From the human T2T-CHM13v2.0 reference genome, Homo sapiens, in the NCBI RefSeq assembly GCF_009914755.1, contig NC_060933.1: a stretch of DNA of 64,000 nucleotides. One strand, 5' to 3'. How positions within the stretch are numbered: the first letter of the stretch is position 1; each line of letters starts with the position of its first letter. The notes under the pieces were generated by a model that saw only the letters and a program-made list of their open reading frames with translations, made no database searches and had not been told where the DNA came from. The position numbers were made by a program, and so were the translations under genes. Below are positions 57,545 through 64,000 of this stretch, one piece after another.

Positions 57545-58030
57545 AATAAAAACAATGCTCATGATTCTTCAGGCTTTCTGCATCCACAGCCTTTAAAATT
57601 TGGCTCTGTTTCTCTAATTCTTGAATCTGGACAACTAGAGTTGTCACCTGTTTTGACCAATAGGTTGCCGTAGAATTGACATGCTGTGACTTCCATAACC
57701 CACTCACCAAAAGATGTTGTGTGTTTCCACTCTCTCTCCTGGAAACCAGACAAGTGCCAGGATAATCAGATAAGTCTGGTGGACTGGAGAAGAAGAGACC
57801 ACATATAACAGAACTGAACCATTCCAGCTGAAGGCATCTTAGATAAACTAGCCCTCAGGCAATCTAGCAGTTGACCACAATTGCATGAGCGAACTCAGAG
57901 GAGATCAGAAGAGCTTCTCAACAGAGCCCAGAGTAAATCATTGACTCAGAGAATTGTGAGATAACTTAAAGATGCTGCTTAATGCCCCGAAGTTGGAGTG
58001 TTTTGTTACACACCAAAAGTCAACTGATAC
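57545..58030 (+). mobile_element. MLT1-family MaLR LTR
   Basis: ttgtcacctgttttgaccaatagg...ccagctgaaggcatcttagat...gagtgttttgttacac; approximate bounds. Confidence 0.55.
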
Positions 58031-58254
58031 ATGGAGCTGTCTACTTGACTTTTTTAAAATGAAAATCTTCACACATTTCAAGACTCCTATCTGATTCAGT
58101 TTTTTCAATAATGTCTGCTCTAGTAATTTCAATCTACATTGAACATATTCATTTATTTATTGGACAAACATTTTGTAACTGTTCATTAGGTTTTCTTTTT
58201 TACTTGCACTATACTTTTGTCCTTTATCACATTAAATACTGCCTACATTAGATT

Positions 58255-58712
58255 ATCTGTTAGCATCTTACCATATATTAGGCCATTTTCTGTCTCATAG
58301 CAAGTAGAAGGCTAAAATCCACATTTCCTAGACTTCTTTATCATCCCATTCTAGCTTAACTTTTACAAGGTTAAAAGGTACTGGCAAGGTATTTGGAAGG
58401 TCAAAAAAAAAAAAAAGAAGAAGCCATGATTACTCTAGCAGTAGGTGGTGCTGGGCTTTGTCAGAAGAAGATATGATATTTTGTCAGTAGCTCATGTTTG
58501 TTATCCTATAAATTACTTACTTTGATGCTCTTAGTAACTGATATGCTTAGCAAAAATTGTTGGAGATACTAGTACTTTCTGGTATTAGCATCTTCCCTGA
58601 CCTTTTCTAATCCTGTTCTTCCAAAGGTTTTATAAGAGTATAGTTCTCTGTATTAAATCATTTTATGTTGGAAATATTTAGATTGATTTCTATTTCCCAC
58701 ATTGAACTTTGA
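58255..58712 (+). mobile_element. LTR33-like ERVL LTR
   Basis: gctaaaatccacatttcctagac...gtatttggaagg...tctgtattaaatc...ttggaaatatttagattgatttct. Confidence 0.45.
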
Positions 58713-59260
58713 GAGGTTTTTTAATATACACTTATGTGTATATTATGTGTGTAATATACATACATGTGTAATATACACTTATGTGTGTGTATATATACAC
58801 ACACAAAATTATATATATAAGGTATATATATATTAACTATAAATGTTAATATATATAACATAATTATAAACATGATTGACAATAGAGTACAAATTTATTA
58901 ACTATATATAAAAATTATTTAGCACTAATAATGTTCAAGAATTTATAAGTAGTAAGATTCATCACTCTTTTTTTTAATATGGGTAAATTGAGATCCAGAG
59001 AAATAAATGACTTTTCCAAGTCAATCATGAGCTACTGTCATCACTGAGATTGCTATGGTAATTGATTGGCATAATTGGACCTGCAGATTTCTAGAAAAAA
59101 CATGGAGTTAGATGTCTATTTTATAAGAGACCAGGCTCTCTAGGGGGAAATGCAGGTGTGCTAGGGCTGGGGTGGAAAGTAAGGGACAGTAAGACTGGAA
59201 ATTTCAGGCCACCTAGCCTCATTTTAAGAAGAGTAGCTCCATTTTAATCTACTGCCTATA

Positions 59261-59594
59261 CAGTCATCACTTGGTATCTTCTGCAGACTGTTTCCAGGAC
59301 TCTGCATAGATACAAAAATCTAAAGAGTCTCAAGTCTTTGGTATAAAATGGCATCATATTTCCATATAACCTACAAACATCCTCCTATACACTTTAAATT
59401 GTTCCTAGATCAGTTAAAATACCTAATACAAGACCTACACATCACTTCATTCATGTGGATTCAATGGAGTACTCAGTGCTTGGCAAAATCAAGTTATGCT
59501 TTTTGGAACTTCATGAATCTTTTTCTAAATATTTTTGATCCGTGATTGGTTGAACTCACAGATGCAGAACTTATGGTTATGGAGGACTGACTTG
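59261..59594 (+). mobile_element. MER2B (TcMar-Tigger MITE)
   Basis: TA|cagtcatcacttggtatc...ttccaggac...aaatatttttgatccg...ggaggactgacttg|TA. Confidence 0.85.
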
Positions 59595-59719
59595 TATATG
59601 CCTTTCTTTTAATATTTCATTTAAAGATAGAATGGATTAAAATACCTTTCAAACTATTGTAATTATTGGCAATCCGTTGCTTGAGAAACAAATTAGATGT
59701 GATTGACAATATAGAGTAC

Positions 59720-60190
59720 GTTTTTAAAAATTCTTATTTCTTAAAACAATTTAAAGTATAATTGATGTACTATAAGTTGTACAAACACAGTTTGTTGTGC
59801 ATATGTACTTGTGATCCCATTGCCACAATAAAGATAATATACCTTTCTATCACTTCCAAAAGTTTTTTTGTGTTCTTTATAGCCCATCTGTCTCTTTACT
59901 CCCAATACTGAAAAACCACTGATCCAATTTCTGTCCTCAGAGATTAATTTTCATTTTCTAGAGCTTTATATAAATGGAATCATGCACATGCACTTTTTTG
60001 TTTATTTCCTATCACTAACATAAAGTTTTGGAGATTTATCCATATTGTTGCACCTACCATAGTTTGTTCTCTTATATTGCAGAGAAGTGTTCTGTTACAT
60101 GACTATACCACAATTTGTTTATTCATTCACCTGTGGAAATAAATTCAGGTTTTCTCAAAATTTTCTGGTTATTACAAATAAAGCTGCCAT
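59720..60190 (-). mobile_element. L1M (MC/MD/ME-type) 3' end
   Basis: aaccactgatcc...tttatataaatggaatcat...gactataccacaatttgtttattcattcacctgt...acaaataaagctgccatg. Confidence 0.75.
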
Positions 60191-60191
60191 G

Positions 60192-61353
60192 CAGGCCAAC
60201 CTTGTTTTCTTGTGTTTTACTTTATTGTACTTTGTAGCTACTGCAATTTTTTAAAATTAAACGTTTGTAGCAACCCTGCATGAAGCAAATATATCAGTGC
60301 CATTTTTCCAGTAGCATATGCTCACTTCATGTCTTTGTGTAACATTTTGGTAATTCTCACACTTCAATTTTTTTTTTTATTATTGTATTTATTTTGGTGA
60401 TCTGTGATCAGTGATCTTTGATGTTTCTCTAATCATTGTTTTGGTGCACCACAAACTGTAACCATATATGACAGTTAACTTAATTGACAAATGTTGTGTG
60501 TGTTCTATGCTTCACCAACCAGCTGTTCTTTCCCTCCCCTCCTCATGGCTTTTTTTCATGTTGACTTACACGTTGATTTGATGATCTCTGCTGTACAGTC
60601 TACCACTATTTGCCCTCAAGAATTAATATGTGAATTATAGAAACTATAGTGGTTTAATTATATTCTCTTATTGAAATGTTTAATTTTAAGGAATTGTCCC
60701 TATTGCTTGAAACATAACAATGTGTGTTCAAGTGAAAGGAAGAGTCTCATGTCTCCCACTTTAAATTAAGAGGTAGAAATGATTAAGATTAGTGAAAAAG
60801 ACATGTAGAAAGCCAAGACAGGCCAAAAGATAGATCTCTTGAACCAAGCAGTCAAGTTGTGGAAGTTTCTTGGAGGAAATTAAAAGTGCTACTTCAGTGA
60901 ACACACAAATGAGAAGAAAGCAAAATTGCCTTATTGTTGATATGAAGAAAGTTTTAGTGGTCTATATAAATCAAACTGCCACAACATTTCCTTAAGTCAA
61001 AGCCTAATCCAAGACAAGGCCTTAACTCTCTTTAATTCTATGAAGACTGAGAGAAGTGAGGAAGCTAAAGAAGAAACACTGGGAGCTAGCAGAGGTTGGT
61101 TCATGAGGTTTAAGGAAGAAAGGTCTTTCCATAACATAAAAGTACAAGGTGAAGCCGCAAGTGCTGATATAGAAGCTGCAACAAATTATTCAGGAGCTCT
61201 ACCTAAGATCACAAATGAAGGTGGCTACACTAAACACCAGATTTTCAATGTAGACAAAACAGCATGATTTTGGAAAAATGTGTCATCTTGGAGTTTTCTA
61301 GAGAGCAGTAGTCAATGTTTAGCTTCGAAGCTTCAAAGGACATGCTGACTCTC
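60192..61353 (+). mobile_element. Tigger1 DNA transposon, 5' half (3' half missing), with a foreign insert at ~60550-60696
   Basis: 5' terminus caggccaaccttgtttt... through transposase sequence to ggacatgctgactctc. Confidence 0.9.
61040..61267 (+). pseudogene. Decayed Tigger1 (pogo/CENP-B-like) transposase fragment
   Basis: ORF peptide contains [11 protein letters not shown]...[10 protein letters not shown]...[14 protein letters not shown], matching Tigger1 transposase; bounded by stops and frameshifts. Confidence 0.85.
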
Positions 61354-61400
61354 ATGCTGTTTTGTTTACTTTGAAAATCTGGTGTTTAGTGTAGCCACCT

Positions 61401-61490
61401 TCCTTTGGCAACACCCTCACAGACACACCCGGGATCAATACTGTGCATTTTTCAATCCAATCAAGTTGACAGTCAGTATTAGCCATCACA
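61401..61490 (-). mobile_element. MLT2A LTR, 5' 90-bp remnant
   Basis: tcctttggcaacaccctcacagacacaccc...caatccaatcaagttgacagtcagtattagccatcaca is the reverse complement of the MLT2A start. Confidence 0.85.
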
Positions 61491-61800
61491 GGAGGCTAAA
61501 GAAGCTGGAGTGGGAGGAATGCCGTTCCCCAAACTATGACAAGGCTCTCACAAAATATTTTCACCACATGGATTAGGCCTTTGTTGTGGAGAACGTTCTG
61601 AGTGTATTTCCCATTGATAAATTCTCCTCTCCCAGCCAGAGCCCTAAGGGGCTTTTTCTCATATTTTCACTCTAATAACCTGTTAGGGTTCTTGGAGATA
61701 AAGCCCATAAACTTATGGAGGCACTTCTGTGACTGTAATATTCAGGAATTTCTAATTCTCATGCTAACCTACACTTTCTCCTCCTATTTGTCAAAACTAC

Positions 61801-62412
61801 TGATATGATTTGGCTCTGTATCCCCGCTCAAATCTCACGTCAAATTGTAATCCTCAATGTTGGAGGACGGGCTTGGTGGGAGGTGATTGAATCATGGGGA
61901 CGAAGTCCCCCCATGCTGTTCTTATGATAGTGAGCAAGTTCTCACAAGATCTGGTTGTTTAAAGTGTGTAGCACAGGGATGTCCAATCTTTTGGCTTCCC
62001 TGGACAACATTGGAAAAGGAAGAATTGTCTTGGGACACACATAAAATACACTAACATTAACAATAGCTGATGAGCTAAAAAAGAAAATTGCAAAACAAAT
62101 CTCCTAATGTTTTAAGAAAGTTTATGAATTTGTGTTGGGCCACATTCAAAGTGATCCTGGGCTGCATGCGACTCACAGGCTGTGGGTTTGACAAGCGTGG
62201 TGTAGCACTTTCCCCTTCTCTCTCTTCCTCCTCCTGTCATGAGATCTGCCTGCTTCCCCTTTGTATTCCACCATGACTGTAAGTTTCCCAAAGCCGCTCC
62301 AGCCATGCTTTCTGTACTTCCTGAGGAATTGTGAATCAATCAAATCTTTTATCCTTATAAATGACCCGGTGTCATGTATTTCCTTATAGCAATGCAAGAA
62401 TGGACTAATACA
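61801..62412 (+). mobile_element. MSTA solo LTR interrupted by MER30
   Basis: tgatatgatttggctctgtatcccc...gaatggactaataca; flanks actac/actat. Confidence 0.88.
61974..62199. mobile_element. MER30 (hAT-Charlie MITE)
   Basis: cagggatgtccaatcttttggcttccctgg...gggtttgacaagcgtg; 8-bp TSD gtgtagca (61966-61973 and 62200-62207). Confidence 0.92.
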
Positions 62413-62723
62413 ACTATCATTTATGTGTTCCTGCTAATTTATGGCTTTAGTAGCTTCTGCCCCACATAAGCAACTCTTGGTTGCCTCTGTGTATAAACCT
62501 GTCTCTCCAGATTTTAGGGTGAAAATTTACCCTGCAGCTTCCACTCTCTGCTGATTCCAGGAAAAGTCCTTGATTTTCAGATTGTTTGGTGTATCTTGTT
62601 GTAAGACCAATGGTGATGGCTTTCAAGCTTTTTAAATGTGGATTTTGAATTTGGAAGTCTCCTCTTATTACGGATTTAAGTTGCATTTCACATAGAGGTC
62701 TTTTATATTAAAAAAAAAATGCT

Positions 62724-63094
<371 letters not shown>

Positions 63095-64000
63095 TTAATG
63101 AGATTTAAATGGTGAAGTTTACCTTAATTGTATATGTATCCCTAATATCTGGCATTGTGCATTGCTCTTAGTATATGCTTGAAAAATCTATATTAATTTA
63201 ATAAAATAAATCCAGCAAAAGAAAATTACTCATCATTAAACTACAAATACTATGGAGTAAGATGAAGTCTTTAGCATCAAAAAGCTTTCAGTAAGATATT
63301 GACTGGAATATGTTTAATGACGATGCAAATTATTTCACATTTTGAACATTTACTATGTGAAAGTCATGATGAAAGCATTATAATAATTCATTAATCATCT
63401 AATACTAACAACTCTCCTACCATATCTCACCATCATACACTTAAGGGAACTGAAGTCTCAAAAAGCTAAACTGCCCAAGACTTTTTGGCCCCTTAACAGC
63501 AGAGCCAATCTAAGTCCAAAGAACTAGATTAGAATTAAGCTGTACCATGTAACAGCTCTGTGAACCAGTATGATAACCTTCATCTTGTTAAATCTCAAGA
63601 TTTCATCTAGAGTAATAAGGAAAATAATAGTTTTTATGTTCCTATTAGTGTTAAATGTGATTTAATGGATTTAATTAATATTAGTTTTTTCCTTTATGTC
63701 TTACAGTAGCTTAGAGAAAATGAAGATTAGTAAGATTATCCCTTTCTTAAACATTTCATTTTCTTACTTTTTTCCTCTGACTTTCTTATTTAGTCTTCTG
63801 GGACCACTGGTCCATAAGGCACCAAATTCTGGCTGGTTAGTAAAGGAGAATGGAAAGAAATCTGTTATTGTTAAGCCGATATTGATCCCTTGACTTCACT
63901 AGATGATCTAGAAGTAACTTATTGGCCCTTGATGCCTATTATTTTGAATCACAGAATTTGTGCTTAAGTAGGGAGAACATCTTGAAAATATGAAGTTGCC

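Larger units (their letters stand above)
61491..62660 (-). mobile_element. Old L1M 5' region, interrupted by MSTA
   Basis: Ends in ...ggctttcaagctttttaaatg...ggaagtc, a typical antisense L1M 5' terminus. Confidence 0.55.

Noticed and set aside
58438-58452. CTCF-like motif GCAGTAGGTGGTGCT in the LTR33-like element
   Set aside because: Two mismatches fall at high-information positions, so binding cannot be supported from sequence alone.
58725-58915. TA/TG-rich self-complementary stretch
   Set aside because: Ordinary low-complexity decayed microsatellite.

Overview
This is primate, most likely human-like, non-coding genomic DNA (intergenic or deep intronic). It is AT-rich and dominated by interspersed repeats: nine Alus, old and young L1 fragments, L2, MIR and CR1, MaLR/ERVL/ERV1 solo LTRs (an intact LTR12C, MLT2A1, MER61, THE1, MSTA/B, MLT1) and DNA-transposon fossils (Tigger1, Tigger4a, MER2B, MER5, MER30, MER47C, MER58A, MER81). 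I find no credible protein-coding gene, RNA gene or CRISPR-like system. The listed ORFs are chance or repeat-derived; one is a decayed Tigger1 transposase fragment. I could not identify the locus. The most unusual signal is a set of local sequence-copying events of different apparent ages that repeat annotation does not explain. These are a perfect 33-bp inverted repeat 452 bp apart (53096-53613), a 51-bp inverted templated insert at an inferred multi-kb deletion junction (61217-61402), a ~125-bp unique segment copied 4.9 kb into a Tigger1 (55641 to 60551), and a ~260-bp duplication later interrupted by MER61 (35012-36432). There are also candidate regulatory elements: the LTR12C promoter, an MLT2A1 with DUX4-type motifs, and several repeat-free motif-dense blocks. 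Repeat family names come from recalled consensus sequences, not a database search, and boundaries of old elements are approximate.
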